Shown: positions 24,370 to 38,600, counted from the first letter of the stretch. The stretch: 64,000 nucleotides of DNA from Squalus acanthias (GCA_030390025.1 CM059431.1:147996001-148060000), one strand, 5' to 3'. A program made the numbers and translations. The notes: generated by a model from the sequence alone, not told the origin.

Positions 24370-26450
24370 TTATTCGTTTATGGAATATGGGCGTCCCTGG
24401 CAAGGCCAGCGTTTGTTGCCCATCCCTAATTGCCCTTGAGAAGGTGGTGGTGAGCCTTCTTCTTGATTCGCGTTAGTCCCTTGTGGTGAAGGTACTCCCA
24501 CAGTGCTGTTAGGGAGGGAGTTCCAGGATTTTGACCAAGCGATGATATAATTCTAAGACAGGATGGTGTGTGACTTGGAGGGGAACTTGGAGGTGGTGAT
24601 GTTCCCATGCGCCTGCTGCCCTTGTCCTTCTAGGTGGAAGAGGTTGCGGGTGGGAGGCGCTGCCGAAGAAGCCTTGGCGAGTTGCTGCAGTGCATCTTGT
24701 AGATGGTACACTCTGCAGCCACGATACGCCGGTGGTGGAGGGAGTGAATGTTTAAGGTGATAGTTGGGATGCCAATCATGTGGGCTGCGTTGTACTGGAT
24801 GGTGTCACAGTATTCAAGTGGCTGGACCAGTTACGTTCCTGGTTTCTGGTGACCCCCAGGAAGTTGATAGTGTGGGATTCGGCGATGGTAATGCCATTGA
24901 CTGTCAAGGGTCGGTGGTTAGATTTTCGCTTGTTGGAGATTGTCATTGCCTGGCAATTGTGTGGCGCTAATGTTAACTACCACTTATCAGCCCAAGCCTG
25001 AACGTCCTCCAGATCTTGCTGCATGCGGGCATGGACTACTTCATTATCTGAGGAGTCGTGAATGGCACTGAACACTGTGCAGTCTTCAGCGAACATCCCC
25101 ATTTCTGACCTTATGTTGGAGGGAAGGTCATTGATGAAGCAGCTGAAGATAGTTGGGCCTAGGACGCTGCCCTGAGGAACTCCTACAGTGATGTCCTGGG
25201 GCTGTGATGATTGACCTTCAACCACCACAACCATCTTGCTTTTTGCTAGGTATGACTAAGGGTTATGGAGTTTTATTAATGGTCGTAATGATTTACAAAG
25301 GGTTATAATGTTTTATTAATGTTCATAATGATTTTTAAAGTGTGATGAAGTTTTGTTAATGATCACAGTGATTTATAAAGGGTTATATGTATATTTTTAT
25401 TCGATTATGGGATGTGGGTGTCGCTTGCAAGGCCAGCATTTGTTGCCCATACCTAACTGCCCTTGAGAAGGTGGTGGTGAGATACCTTCTTGAACCGATG
25501 CAGTCCTGTGTGGTGAAGGTACTCCCACAGTCCTGTTAGAATGGGAGTGCCAAAATTTTGACCCAGCGATGATGAAGGATCGGTGATATAATTATAAGTC
25601 AGGATGGTGTGTGACTTGGAGGGGAACTTGGAGGTGGTGGTATTTCCAACCGCCTGCTTCCCTTGTTCTTCTAGGTGGAAAAATTTGCAGGAATGGGAGG
25701 TGCTGCCGAAGAAGCTTTGCCGAGTTGCTCCAGTAGATGGTACACACAGCAGCCACGATACGCTGGTGGTGGAGGGAGTGTATGTTTAAGATGGTGGATG
25801 GGGTGCCAATCAAACGAGCTGCTTTGTCCTGGTTGGTGTCGAGCTTCTTAAATGTTGTTGGAGTTGCACTCATCCAGGCAAGTGGAGAATATACCCTCAC
25901 ACTCCTTACTTGTGTCTTATGGATGGTAGAAAAGCTTTGGGGATTCAGGAAGTGAGATACTCGCCGCAGAATATCTAGCTTCTGACCTGCTCTTGTTGCC
26001 ACAGTATTCATGTGGCTCGTCCAGTTAAGTTTCTGGTCAATGGTGAGCCCCAGGCTGTTGATTGTGGGGGTATCGCCGATGGTAATGCCATTGAATGTCA
26101 AGGAGCGGTGCTTAGACTCTCGCTTGTTGAAGTTAGGCTGTGCCTGACACTTCTCTGGTGCGAATGTTACCTGCCACTTCTAAGCTCAAGACTGAACGTC
26201 GTCCAGATCGTATTGCATGCGGGCATGGACTGCTTTATTATCTGAGGAGTTGTGAAGAGCACTGAACACTTTGCAGTATTCAGCGAGCATCCGCATTTCT
26301 GACCTTATGTTGGAGGGAAGATCTTTTATGAAGCAGTGGAAGATGGTTGTGCCTAGGACACTGCCCCGAGGAACTCCTACAGCGATGACCTGGGGTTCTG
26401 ATGATTGACCTTCAACCACGACAACCATCTTCCTTTGTGCTAGGTATGAC
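24370..26450 (-). mobile_element. Two tandem 3' fragments of a CR1/L2-like LINE in 40-bp AT-rich repeats
   Basis: GVPQGSVLGPTIFSCFINDL and FAED motifs. Both copies begin at the same truncation point GTCATACCTAGC (about 25257 and 26450). Confidence 0.85.
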
Positions 26451-26457
26451 GAAGGGT

Positions 26458-29400
26458 TATAAGAACATAAGAAAATAAGAAATAGGAGCAGGAATAGGCC
26501 ACTTGGCCTCTCGAGTCTGTTCCGACATTCAATAAGATCATGGCTGATCGAGGGCTCAAAGCTACTTCCCAGCCCGCTCCCCACAACCCTTCACTTCCTT
26601 ATCTTGCAAAAATGTGTCTATCTCCACTTTAAATGTGTTTAATGACCCAGCCTCCACAGCTCTCTGGGGCAGAGCATTCCACAGATTTACGACCCTCTGA
26701 GAGAAGAAGTTTCTCCTCATCTCAGTTATAAAAGGGCGGCCCTTTATTCTGAGACTGTGCGCCCGAATTCTAGACTTTCCCATGAGGGGAAACATTCTCT
26801 CTGCATCTAGCCAATCGAGCACCCTCAGAATCTCAAATGTTTCGATAAGATCACCTCTCATTCTTCTAAATTCCGCTGAGTATTTGCCCAGCCTGCTCAT
26901 AAGTCAAACCACTCATCTCTGGAATTAACCTAGTGAAACGTCCATGAACTGCCTCCAATGCAACTATATCCCTCCTTAAAAAAGGAGACCAAAACTGTAC
27001 GCAGTTCTCAATGTGTGGTCTCACCAATACCATGTACAGTTGTAGCAGGACTTCATTGCTTTTATACTCCAATTCAAATTGCCTTTTTGATTACTTGCTG
27101 TACCTGCATACTAACTTTTTGTGTTTCATGCACAAGATCCCTCAAGTCCTTCTGAACTGTAGCATTTTGTAATCTCTCTGCTTTTAAATAATAGTTTGCC
27201 TTTTTATTGTTCCTTCCAAAGTGGATAACCTCGCACTTTCCCACCTTAAACTCCATCTGCCAAATGTTTGCCCACTCACCTAGCCTGTTTATATATCTTT
27301 GCAGATTCTATGTGTCCTCTGCACAACTTGCTTTCCCACCCATCGTTGTATCATCTGCAAATTTGGCTGCATTACACTCGATCCCTTCATCCAAGTCATT
27401 AATGTAGATTGTAAATAGTTGGGGCCGCAGCACCCATCCTTGTGGCACCCCACTAGTTACCGTTTGCCAACCAGAAAATGGCCCATTTATCCCCACTCTC
27501 TGCTTTCTGTTTGTTAGCCAATTCTCTATCCATGCTAATATATTACCCCCAACTCCGTGACATCTTATCTTATGCAGTAATCTTTTATGTGACAACTTAT
27601 CGAATGCCTTCTGGAAATCCAAATGCACCACATCCACTGGCTCATCCTTGTCCACCCTGCTTGTTACATCCTCAAAGAACTCCAGCAAATTTGTTAAACT
27701 TGATTTACTTTTCCTAAAACCATGCTGACTCTGTTTGACTGCAGTATGTTTTTCTAATGCCCTGCTACTGCTTTCTTCATGAAGGACTCCAGCATTTTCC
27801 CAACGACAGATGTTAGCTTAACTGATCTATAGTTTCCTGCTTTCTGTCTCCCTCCATTCTTAAATAGGGGTGTTACATTAGCGGTTTTACAATCCGCTGG
27901 GACCTCTCCAGAGTCCAAGGACTTTTGGTATGTTCCAACCAATGCATCCAGTATCTCTGCAGCCACTTATTTTAAGACCCTGGTGCAGACCATCTGGTCC
28001 AGGGGACTTGTCGTCTTTTAGTGCCATTATTTTACTGAGTGTGCTAGTGATTTTCTTCAGTTTCCCACTCCCTGTGGCCCCTTGATTATCCATTATTGGG
28101 ATGTTGTTGGTGTATTCTACAGTGAAGACAGATGCAATATATTTGTTCAGAGACTCTGCCATTTCACCGTTCCCCATTATTAATTCCCCAGTCTCATCCT
28201 CTAAGCGACCAACATTTATTTTAGCTACTCTCTTCCTTTTTATATACCTGTAGAAGCTCTTACTAACCGGTTAAATGATTCTTGCCAGCTTACTCTCATA
28301 ATTCATCTTCTCTCTCTTTATTATTTTTTACGTCATCCTTTGCTGGTTTTTAAAAATGTCCCAATCCTCTGGTCTCCCACCAATCTTGGCAATATTGTAT
28401 GCCTTCATTTTCAATTTGATACCATCCTTTACTTCCTTAGTTAGCTACTGATGGTGGTCCCTTCTCTTAAAATCTTTCTTTCTCCCTGGAATATATTTTT
28501 CTTTAGAGTTATGAAATATCACCTTAAATGTCCGCCACTGCATTTCAACTTTCTTACCCTGTAAATTGTTTTTCCAGTCTACTTTAGCCAGTCTGAAATC
28601 ATGCCATTATAAATGCCTTTGTTTAAGATCAGGACATTGGTTTGGGATACAACTTTCTCACCCTGCAACTGAATTTGAAATTCAACCATGCTGTGATCAC
28701 TTTCTCCTAGATGATCCTTTACTATGAGATCATTTATAAATTCTCTCTCATTACATAGTACCAGATCCAAGATAGCCTGCTCCCTGGTTGGTTCCATTAC
28801 ATACTGTTCTAGGAAAACATCCCGGATGCACTCTATTAACTCCTCCTCCAGGCTACCATGGCCAATTTGATGTGTCCAATCAATATGGAAATTAAAAACA
28901 CCCATGAATATTACCGTACCACTTTTTTACAGGCCTCCATTATTTGTTGATTTATACTCTGTCCAACAGCATGGCTACTGTTCGGGGGCCTTCAGATTAC
29001 GCCCACCCCAGAGACTTTTTCCCCTTATTATTTATTACATCCACCCAAACCGATTCTACATCTTGGTCTTCTGAGCCAATATCACTTCTCACCAATTCAC
29101 TGATCCCATCTTTTACCAACAATACCACCCCACCTCCCTTTCCTTTCTTTCTATCCTTCCGGATTATCATATACCCTGGAATATTCAGTTCCAAGCCCTG
29201 GTGGCCCTGCAACCACGTCTGTGTAATGGCGATCAAATCATACCCATTTGTATCTATTTGTGCCGTCAACTCATTTATCTTGTTACGAATGCTGCGTGCA
29301 TTCAGATATAGAGCTTTTATCTTTGTCTTTTTACCATTATTCCTTGTTTTGGCCTTTTTTTCTGTTACACTCTTATTCTTAATCATTCAGTCCCTTCCTG

Positions 29401-29915
29401 TCATATTCTGGTTATTATTTCACCCGTCTCCAGCCTGCTCTATTGCTTTCTCATTTCTCATTGACTTTTAATTTTCCTGCTCATCTGTATCCTCTCCCAC
29501 CCCCCCCGCACTATTTAGTTTAAAGCCCTCTCTACAGCCTTAGTTATTCGATTTGCCAGGACACTAGCCCCAGCATAATGCAAGTGAAGCCCGTCAAAAC
29601 GGAATAGCTCCCTCTTATCCCAGTACTGGTGCCAGCGCCCCACAAATCGAAACCCATTTCTGCCACACCAGTCTTTGAGCCACTTGTTAATTTCTCTGAT
29701 CTTATTTACCCTATGCAAATTCGCTCGTGGCTCAGGTAGTAATCCAGAGATTATTACCTTTGTGGTTCTTCTTTTTAATTTAACCCCTCGCTGCTCATAC
29801 TCTCTCAGCAGAACCTCTTTCTTTGTCCTACCTATGTCATTGGTACCTCCGTGGACCATGACAACTGGATCTTCCCCCTCCCACTCCAAGTTTCTTTCCA
29901 GCCCAGAGGAGATGC
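26458..29915 (-). mobile_element. Decayed CR1/HER1 LINE (ORF1 esterase end, endonuclease, RT)
   Basis: HGGTNDIG, DGLHL, LYLNARSIRNK, KFADDT; HE1-type tail at 26458-26560. Confidence 0.92.
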
Positions 29916-30150
29916 CATAACCTTGGTTATGATGTTTTATGAATGGTCATAATGATTTATAAAGGGTTATGATGTTTTATTAATGGTCATAATGATTTAT
30001 AAAGGGTTGTAATGATTTATTAGTGGTCATTATGAGTTAGAAATGTTTATAATGTTTTCTTAATGGTCTTAATCATTTACAAAAGGTTAATGTGTTTAGT
30101 TAATAGCCATAATGATTTATAAAGGGTTATGATGTTTTGTTAATTGTCAT
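29915..30150. repeat. 40-bp AT-rich minisatellite
   Basis: Unit TAATGGTCATAATGATTTATAAAGGGTTATGATGTTTTAT; also near 24315, 25260, 48235, 54610 and 55640. Confidence 0.9.
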
Positions 30151-30546
30151 TAATGCTCGCCCTCGCCGCCCGCCCGTTCTCAGGGTAACCAGTCCTCCCG
30201 CTGCCGCCGCCCTCCGGACTCTGGCCTTCCGCCCCCACTCCGCGGCCTCGCTTCTGGGAGAGGGGAGACCTCAATGGTGGCAATCGACCCAGGGGGAAGC
30301 CCCCGATAGAGAGAGAGAGAGAGAGCGACAGACGCCATCTTTGTGCGGGGCGCCATTGCCGCCATCTTTGAACGGGGCCGCTCCCGCTTTTTTGCTCCTT
30401 GAGCGGCGCCGCCATCTTTGTATAGGACAGGGTTGCCGCCATCTTAGTGCGGGCGGGAGTTCCGCTGTTTTAGGTTGCGCGTTTGGGGTCGGCCATCTTT
30501 GTCTCGGGCACTGCTGCCTTTCCAGAGGGGCCTGACAGATGGCCGC
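30150..30546 (-). promoter_or_regulatory. CpG-rich promoter-like element with YY1 and RFX motifs (copy A)
   Basis: Repeated GCCATCTT (YY1 core), GTTCTCAGGGTAAC (X-box-like), high CpG density; paralog at 47837-48235. Confidence 0.45.
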
Positions 30547-30879
30547 GCCCAACGATCACTGCCTCCCCTCTCTCAGTGATGTCCCTCCCTGGGATGCTCA
30601 GCTCCAGGCTCTCTGTTGGATCAGTGTCGAGATATCAATTCCTGCTTCTGTCGTCCCAGTGTATTTAAATTAAGCCACTTTCTTCCTGGAACAACTCTAC
30701 TGTCCTTCCAACAAGTGGCTTTTGTTTGGCTGGCAACAGCTCACCTCTGTGCTGTTAGTGGAGATAAAAAAATCTGGGATCACACTTCGTAATAAAGCAC
30801 ATTCTGTCAAATGATCAGCAACAGCTCAAAGGGCCCACAGCACACAGAATTTTACAGAACTAAGAGGGAAACACATCTC

Positions 30880-33800
30880 CCTCTGTCTATAATCTGTTTC
30901 TCACTCCGTGTTTGTCTGCTATCATCGATCTCCCCTCTGTCTCTGTCACACCCTCTCTCTCCCTATCTATATCTTATAATATCACATCGCTCTCTCTCCA
31001 TCGATCTCTCATCTATGTCTGTCACCCCCTCTCTCTCCCTGTCTATATCTAATAATATCACATCGCTCTCTCTCCATCGATCTCTCATCTATGTCTGTCA
31101 CCCCCTTTCTCTCTCCCATCTATATCTCATAAGCTCCTCTCTATCTCCAACGTTCTCATCTCTATCTCCGTCACCACTCTCTCCCGATCGATATGTAAAA
31201 ATCTCTCGTCTGGCTATCTGAATCTATCTCTCCTCTCTATTTCTGTGTCTCAGTCTCGACCTCAATCTCGGTCTTTGTCTCAATCACTCTCTCTCAGTCT
31301 CTCACAGTCTCTCTCTGTCACTCTCTGCCATTTTCTGTCTCTTTGAAACTCTCTGTCTCACTCTATCTCCGCCTCTCTCACTCACTCTCTGCCATTCTCA
31401 ATCACTCTCTGTCTCTCTCACTCTATCTCCGTCTTTCTCACTCACTCTCTGCCATTCTTACTCACTCTCTGTCTCTCTCACTAACTCTATATGTCTCTCA
31501 CTCAGGCTTTGTCTCTCTCACTCACTCTCTGTCTCTATCACTCACTCTCTTTCTCTCTCATTCACTCTCTGTCCCAGTCACACTCTGCCTCTCTCACTCA
31601 CTCTTTTGCTCTCTAACACACTCACTGCCTATCTCACTCACTCTCTGTCTCTGTCAATCACTCTCCGCTTCTCTCATTCATACTCTGTCACTCTCTCTCA
31701 ATCTCTGTCACTCTCAATCACTCTCTGTCTCTCTAACTCACTCTCTGTCTCTCTCACTCACTCTCTGTCTCTATTACTCACTCTCTGCCTCTCTCATTCA
31801 CTCTCTGTCCCACTCACTCTCTGCTTCTCTCACTCACTCTCTGCCTCTCTCACTCAATCTCTGTCTCTCTCACTCCCTCTCTGTTCTCTCAATCACTGTC
31901 TCTATTACTCACTCTCTGCCTCTCTCATTCACTCTCTGTCCCACTCACTCTCTGCCTCTCTCACTCACTCTCTGCCTCTCTCACTCTATTTTGCCTCTCT
32001 CACTCACTCTCTGCCACTCTCACTCACTCTCTGTCTCACTCACTCGCTCTCTACCTCTCTCACTCAATCTCTGTCTCGCTCAGTCTCAGCCTATCTCACT
32101 CACTCTCTGCCTCTCTCACACACTGTCCATCTCTTTCACTCACTCTTTGTCTCGCTCACGCACTCTCGGTCGCTTTCATGCACTCTCTTTCACTATCACT
32201 CACTCTCTGTCTCTCTCACTCACTCTCTGCCTCTCCCACACACTGTCGTTCTCTTTCACTCACTCTCTGTCTCGCTCACGCACTCTCGGTCGCTTTCATG
32301 CACTCTCTTTCACTATCACTCATTCTCTGTCTCTCTCACTCACTCTCTACCTCCCTCACAAACTCTCTGTCTATCGCACACACTGTCGTTCTCTTTCACT
32401 CACTCTCTGTCTCGCACACGCACTCTCTCTCTCGCTCTCGCATTCTCTTTCACTATCACTCACTCTCTGTCTCTCTCACTCAATCGCTGCCTCTCTCCCT
32501 CACTCTCTGTCTCTGTCACTCACTCTCCGTCTCGCTCTCTGTCTCTGTTGGTCTGTTTCACAGCCCTAAGTCTCTGTTTATCACTCTCTCTCTGTCTTTA
32601 TTTGTCTCTGCCTCTCACACTTTCACTGTTGTCTCCCTCTCTCTGTCTCTCTAGCTCTCACTGTCTCTCCCTCTCACTGTCTCTCTTTCTCACTGTCTTT
32701 CTCTCTCACTGTCTCGCTCTGGATCTCTCTCTGTCTCTCGTCTCTGCCACTCTCTCTTTCAGCCTGGCTCTCCCGCTGCCTTTCTCTCTGCGCCTCTCTC
32801 ACTCGCTCACTGTCTCTATCACTCACTCTCTTTCTCTCTCATTCACTGTCTGTCCCACTCACTGTCTGCCTTTCTCACGCACTCTCTGTCTATCTCACTC
32901 ACTCTCTGTCTCTCTCACTCACTCTCTACCACGCTCACTCACACTCATACTCTCACACACTCTCTGTCTCTCTCAGTTACTCTCTTTCTCTCTCATTCAC
33001 CATCTGTCCCACCCTCACTCTCTGCCTCTCACCCTCACTCTCTGACTCTCTCACTCACTCTCTGACTCTCTCACTCATTATTTTCCTCTCCAACTAACTC
33101 ACTGCCTATCTCACTCACTCTCTGCCTCTCTCACTCGCTCTTTGCCTCTCTCACTCACTCTCTGTCTCTCTCAATCACTCTCTGTTTCTCTCACTCGCTC
33201 TCTGTCTCTCTCATTCAATCTCTGTCTCGCTCATTCTCTGCCTTTCTCACTTAATCACTGTCTCTCTCACTCAATCTCTGTCTCTCTCACGCACTCTCTT
33301 ACTCTCTCAATCAATCTCTGTCTCTCTCACTCATTCTTGCTCTCTCACTCACTTTCTGCCTCTCTCACTCAATCTCTGTCTCTCTCACTCAATCTCTGTC
33401 TCTCTCACGCACTCTCTTACTCTCTCAATCAATCTCTGTCCCTCTCACTTATTTTAGCTCTCTCACTCACTCTCTGTCTCTCTCACTCAATCTCTGTCTC
33501 GCTCACTCTCTGCCTGTCTCACTTAATCTCTGTCTCTCTCACTTAATGTCTGTCTCTCTCACGCACTCTCTTACTCTCTCAATCAATCTCTGTCTCTCTC
33601 ACTCATTCTAGCTCTCTCACTCACTCTCTGTCTCTCTCACTCACACTCTGTCTCTCTCACTCACTCTCTGTCTCTCTCACTCAATCTCTGTCTCGCTCAC
33701 TCAATCTCTGTCTCTCTCACGCATTCTCTTACTCTCTCAATCAATCTCTATCTCTCTCACTCATTCTAGCTCTCTCACTCACTCTCTGTCTCTCTCACTC

Positions 33801-35830
33801 AATCTCTGTCTCGCTCACTCTCTGCCTGTCTGACTTAATCTCTGTCTCTCTCACTTAATCTCTGTCTCTCTCACGCACTCTCTTACTCTCTCAATCAATC
33901 TCTGTCTCTCTCACTCATTCTATCTCTCTCACTCACTCTCTGTCTCTCTCACTCACACTCTGTCTCTCTCACTCAATCTCTGTCTCGCTCACTCTCTGCC
34001 TGTATCACTTAATCTCTGTCTCTCTCACTCAATCTCTGTCGCTCTCACGCACTTTCTTACTCTCTCAATCAATCTCTGTCTCTCTCACTCATTCTAGCTC
34101 TCTCACTCACTCTCTGTCTCTCTCACTCACTCTCTGTCTCTCTCACTCACTCTCAACACTCACACTCACTGTCTGTCACTCTCACACACTGTCATTCTCT
34201 TCCACACACTCTCTGTCTCGCTCATGCACTCTTGGTCTCTCTCCGTGCCTCTCTCACTCTCTCTTTGCCACTCTCACACACTCTCTGTCTCTCACACTCA
34301 CTCTCTGTCTCTCTCACCCACTCTCTGCCTCTCTCACCCACTCTCGGTTTCTCTCACAAACGGTCCTTCTCTTTCACTCACTGTGTCTCTCTATCTCTCT
34401 CACGCATTCTGTCTCTCTCAAGCAATCACTGCCTCTCTCACTCAATCTCTGCCACTCTCACTCACTCTCTGTCTTTCTTACTCACTCTCTGCCTCTCTCA
34501 CTCACTCTCAGTCTCTCTTACTCAATCTCTGCCTCTCTCACTCACTCTCTGTCTCTCTAACTCAATCTCTGCCTCACTAACTCACTCTCTGTCTCTCTCT
34601 CACTGTCTCTCTCTTTATCTATCTCGCTGTCTCTCTCTCTGCCTCTATCACTCACTTTCTGCCTCTCTCACTAGCTCTCTGCATCTCTCACTCAATCTCT
34701 GCCTCTCTCACTCAATCTATGTCTCTCTAACTCAATCTCTGTCTCTCTCACTCACTCACTGTCTCTCTCTTACTCTCTGTATCCATCATTCACTCTGTTT
34801 CTCTCATTCACTCACTGTCTCTCTCACTCACGCACTGTCTCTCTCACTCACTCTCTGTCTCTATTACTCACCCTAAGTCTCTCTCATTCACTCTCTGTCC
34901 CACTCACTCTCTGCCTCTTTCACTCACTCTTCGCCTCTCTCACTCACTCTCTGCCTATCTCACTCCCTCGCTGTCTCTCTCACACACTCTCGTTCTCTTT
35001 CTCTCACTCTCTGTCTCGCTCATGATCTCTCGGTGTCTTTCATGCAGTCTCTTTCACTATCACTCACTCTCTGTTTCTTTCACGCAATCTATGTCTCTCT
35101 CACTCATTTTCTGTCTCTCTCACTCACTCTCAACCACTCTCACTCCCTCTCTGTCTCTCTCACACACTGTCGTTCTCTTTCACTCACTCTCTGTCACGCT
35201 CACTACTCTCAGTCTCTCTCACAGACTCTCTTGCATTATCATTCACTCTCTGTGTCTCTCACTCAATCTCTGCCACTCTTACTCACTCTCTGTCTCTGTC
35301 ACTCACTCTCTGTCTCTCTCTCTCTATCTCTGTTGGTCTGTTTCACAGCCCAAAGTCTCTGGTTATCACTCTGTCTCTTTATTTTTCTCACTCTTTCCCG
35401 TTTGTCTCTCTCTATCTGTCTCCCTCTCTGTCTCTGTCTCACTCGCTCTGTCTCTCCCTCTCTCTCACACTTTCTCTCTCTCTCACTTTCTCCCTTTCTC
35501 ACTGTCTCTCTATCTCTCACTGTGTCTCCCTGTATCACTCTCTGTGACTCTCTCTCTGCCTCTCTCTCTCTTTCTGCCTCTCTCTCACGCTGCCTCTTTC
35601 TGTGCATCCCTCACTCTCGCTTTGCCTCTCTCACTCAATCTCTGCCTCTCTCACTCACTCTCTGCCTATCTCACTCACTCTCTTCCTCTCTCACCCGCTC
35701 TCTTACTCTCTCACTCAATCCGTCTCTCGAACTCAATCTCTGTCTCTCTCACTCAATCTCTGTCTCTCTCACTCATTCTGTCTCTCTCATTCACTCTCTG
35801 AGTCTCTCACGCACTCTCAGTCTCTCTTAC
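30880..35830. repeat. ~5-kb pyrimidine-rich low-complexity tract (CTCTCTCACTCACTCTCTGT-like units)
   Basis: Near-continuous CT/CA-rich ~20-bp degenerate units with strong strand asymmetry. Confidence 0.95.
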
Positions 35831-35834
35831 TCAC

Positions 35835-37125
35835 AGCCCCATCTACTCTAACCCCACCCAGTCCCTTCCACTCAAACCCCGCCCAGCCCCACCCACTCTA
35901 ACCCCGCCCAGCCACTCCCACTCTAACCCCACCCAGTCCTTTCCTCTCTAATCCCTCCCAGCCCCTTCCACTCTAACCCCACTCAGCCCCTTCCACTCTA
36001 ACCCAACCCAGTCCGTTCCACTGTAACCCCACCCAGCCCCTCCCACTCTAACCCCACCCAGCCCCTTCCACTCTAACCCCACCCAGCCCCTCCCACACTA
36101 ACCCACCCAGCCCCTTCCACTCTAACCAAACACCGCCCCTTTCACTTTAAACAACACCCAGCCCCTCCCACTCTTACCAACCCAGCCCCTCCCAGTCTAA
36201 CCCCACCCAACCCCTTACACTCTAACCCCGACCAGCCACTTCCACACTAACCCCGCCCAGCCCCTTTCAGCTCTAACCCCGCCCAGCCCATTCCACTATA
36301 ACTCCGCCCAGCCCCACCCACTCTAACCCCACCCAGCAGCTTCCACTAGAACCCCGACCAGCCACTTCCACTCTAAACCCGCCCAGCCCCTTTCAGCTCT
36401 AACCCCGCCCAGCCCATTCCACTATAACCCCGCCCAGCCCATTCCACTATAACCCCGCCCAGCCCCTTTTAACTCTAACCCCGCCCAGCTCATTCCACTA
36501 TAACCCCGCCCAGCCCCTCCCACTCTAACCCCACCCAGCCCCTTCCACTCTAACCACGCCCAGCCCCTTCCACTCTAACCCCACCCAGCCCCTCCCACTC
36601 TAACGCTGCCCAGCCCCTTCCACTTTAACACCACCCAGACCCTCCCACTCTAACGCTGCCCAGCCCGTTCCACGTTAACCAACCCAGCCCCTCCCAATCT
36701 AACTCCACCCAGCCCCTTCCACTCTATCCCCACCCAGCCACTCCCACTCTAATCCCGCCCAGCCCCTTCCACTTTAACCCACCCAGCCCGTCACACTCTC
36801 ACCCCACCCAGCCCATTCAACGTTTCCCCCACCCAGCCACCCCCACTGTCCCACACCCAGCCCCTCCCATTCAAACACTATGCAAACCCTCCCAATTTCC
36901 CCAACCAGCCCCTCCCACTCTCCCCCACCCAGCCCATCCCACTTAACACCACCTAGCCCCTCTCACCACACCCTGTCCCTCCCACTCTACCCCAACCCTG
37001 CCCCTCGCTCTATAACCCCATCAAGGCCCTCCCACTCTGCTCCGCCCCTCCCACTCTCCCCCTCTCAGCCCCACCCACTTTTTCCCCACACTCAGCTCCT
37101 CCCACTCTCCCACACCCTGCCCACA
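35835..37125. repeat. 25-bp C-rich minisatellite
   Basis: Regular unit CTCTAACCCCACCCAGCCCCTCCCA to about 36830, then degenerate. Confidence 0.95.
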
Positions 37126-37744
37126 CATGCTCTGACCTTCGTCAGTTAAGTTTCCAGGTCTTGAGCCATTATATCTGCACGGTCACTACAGCGGATTTAA
37201 AGTTAATCACTCTGATCCTCCACAGGGAATGATGTCGCTGGAACTACAGGTCTGAACAAACCTTCTACAGCAACAACCTTCTGAGTGTCAGCTGGCTAGC
37301 GATATTTCCATTGTTAACACTCATTCACAAAGTAAACCGGTTTCGATATTCTTGCTGACCACAATCACTCCTAGATAGATCAGCCAGTTAGTCACAGTTA
37401 GTGTAGTTCCCGTCCCTTCACTTAAACTTATTGTGCAGCCTCCTGCCCCAAACTTCCCAGTTTACAACCTGATTGTGATATCTGATCTCACTGTGATGCG
37501 CAGTGTGAGGGTGAGGAAGGCTCTTTGATCTCACGGTTTGACCCGTCCAGCTAAAGGGGCCTCACTTTAATGAAACAATGTTTGGCAAAACCCTTGGGCT
37601 TCACTGAGGTTGCATATCCTTGATGTGCTAGAAGACAACAAGAGGTTTCCATATGGCTACGACCCAGAGAAGAGGGTGTGTGGGTGATGTGCAGTGATGG
37701 GATTGTTTGCCTTCTTCCACTGATGTTAAGTAGTTGTCTACATT

Positions 37745-38600
37745 TACAGAAACAGGAGGAGGCCATTCAGCCCCTCCAGCCCGTTCCCAATTGAATTACA
37801 TCATGACTGATCTGTATCTTAACTCTGTATCCCTTAATAACCTGCCGAACATAAATCTATCACTCTAAGTTTTGAAATTTTCAATTAAGCCCCAGCTTCA
37901 ACAGCATTTTAGAGGGAGACGGTTGCAAATTTCCACGACCCTTTGTTTAAAGAAGTTCTGCCTGGCATTACCCTTGAATTGCCGAGCTCTTTATTTAAGT
38001 TTATGTCCCCTTGTTCTGGACTCCCTCACCAGAGGAGATAGTTTCTCTATCTGACATATCAACTCCTTCAATTATCTTAAAAACCTCCAATAGATCACCC
38101 TTTATTTCCCTTCTATATTCGAGATGATACAAGCCTAGTCCGTGCAATCTGTCCTCATCATTTAACCCTCTAAGCCGTGGTATCATTCTGCCAAATCTAT
38201 GCTGCACCCGCTCCGATACCAAAATATTCTTGCTGAGGTGAAGTGTCCAGAATTGAACGCAATACTCCAGATGGGGAGTAACCAGAGAGCAAAGAACTGT
38301 AAGGTAACTGCCAACCCTTTGTATTCCAGTCCCCTTGAAGTGAAGGCGAACATTTCATTCGCTTTTTAAATTATTATCTTATACCTCATCTCCTCTTTCC
38401 TGCACTATCCCCATATCCCTTTGATTCCCTTAATATTCAAAAATCTATCGATCTCTGTCTTGAATATACTCAACGACTGAGCCTCCACAGCCCTCTGGGG
38501 TAGAGAATTCCAAAGATTCACCACCCTCTGAATGAAGAAATGTCTCCTCATCTCAGTCCTAAATGGCCGATCCCTTATTCTGAGACGGTGACTCCCAAGT
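37745..38600 (-). mobile_element. CR1 LINE 3' fragments
   Basis: C-terminal ORF2 motifs (ERVQHRF, KGDLLEVFKII, FFIQRVVNLWNSLP). Confidence 0.8.

Larger units (their letters stand above)
23382..30546 (-). repeat. Arm A of a large inverted segmental duplication
   Basis: Colinear reverse-complement match to 47837-57380, including unique junctions between repeats. Confidence 0.9.

Noticed and set aside
30137..30552. Overlapping ORFs in the CpG-rich element (and 47968-48277)
   Set aside because: High GC content keeps frames open, and microsatellite length differences shift frames between the two copies.
31343..35901. Long Ser/Leu/His/Thr ORFs up to 479 aa
   Set aside because: Low-complexity CT tract depleted of stop codons.
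35835..36830. Interstitial telomere
   Set aside because: No tandem TTAGGG; only a TTAGAG variant within a 25-bp unit.
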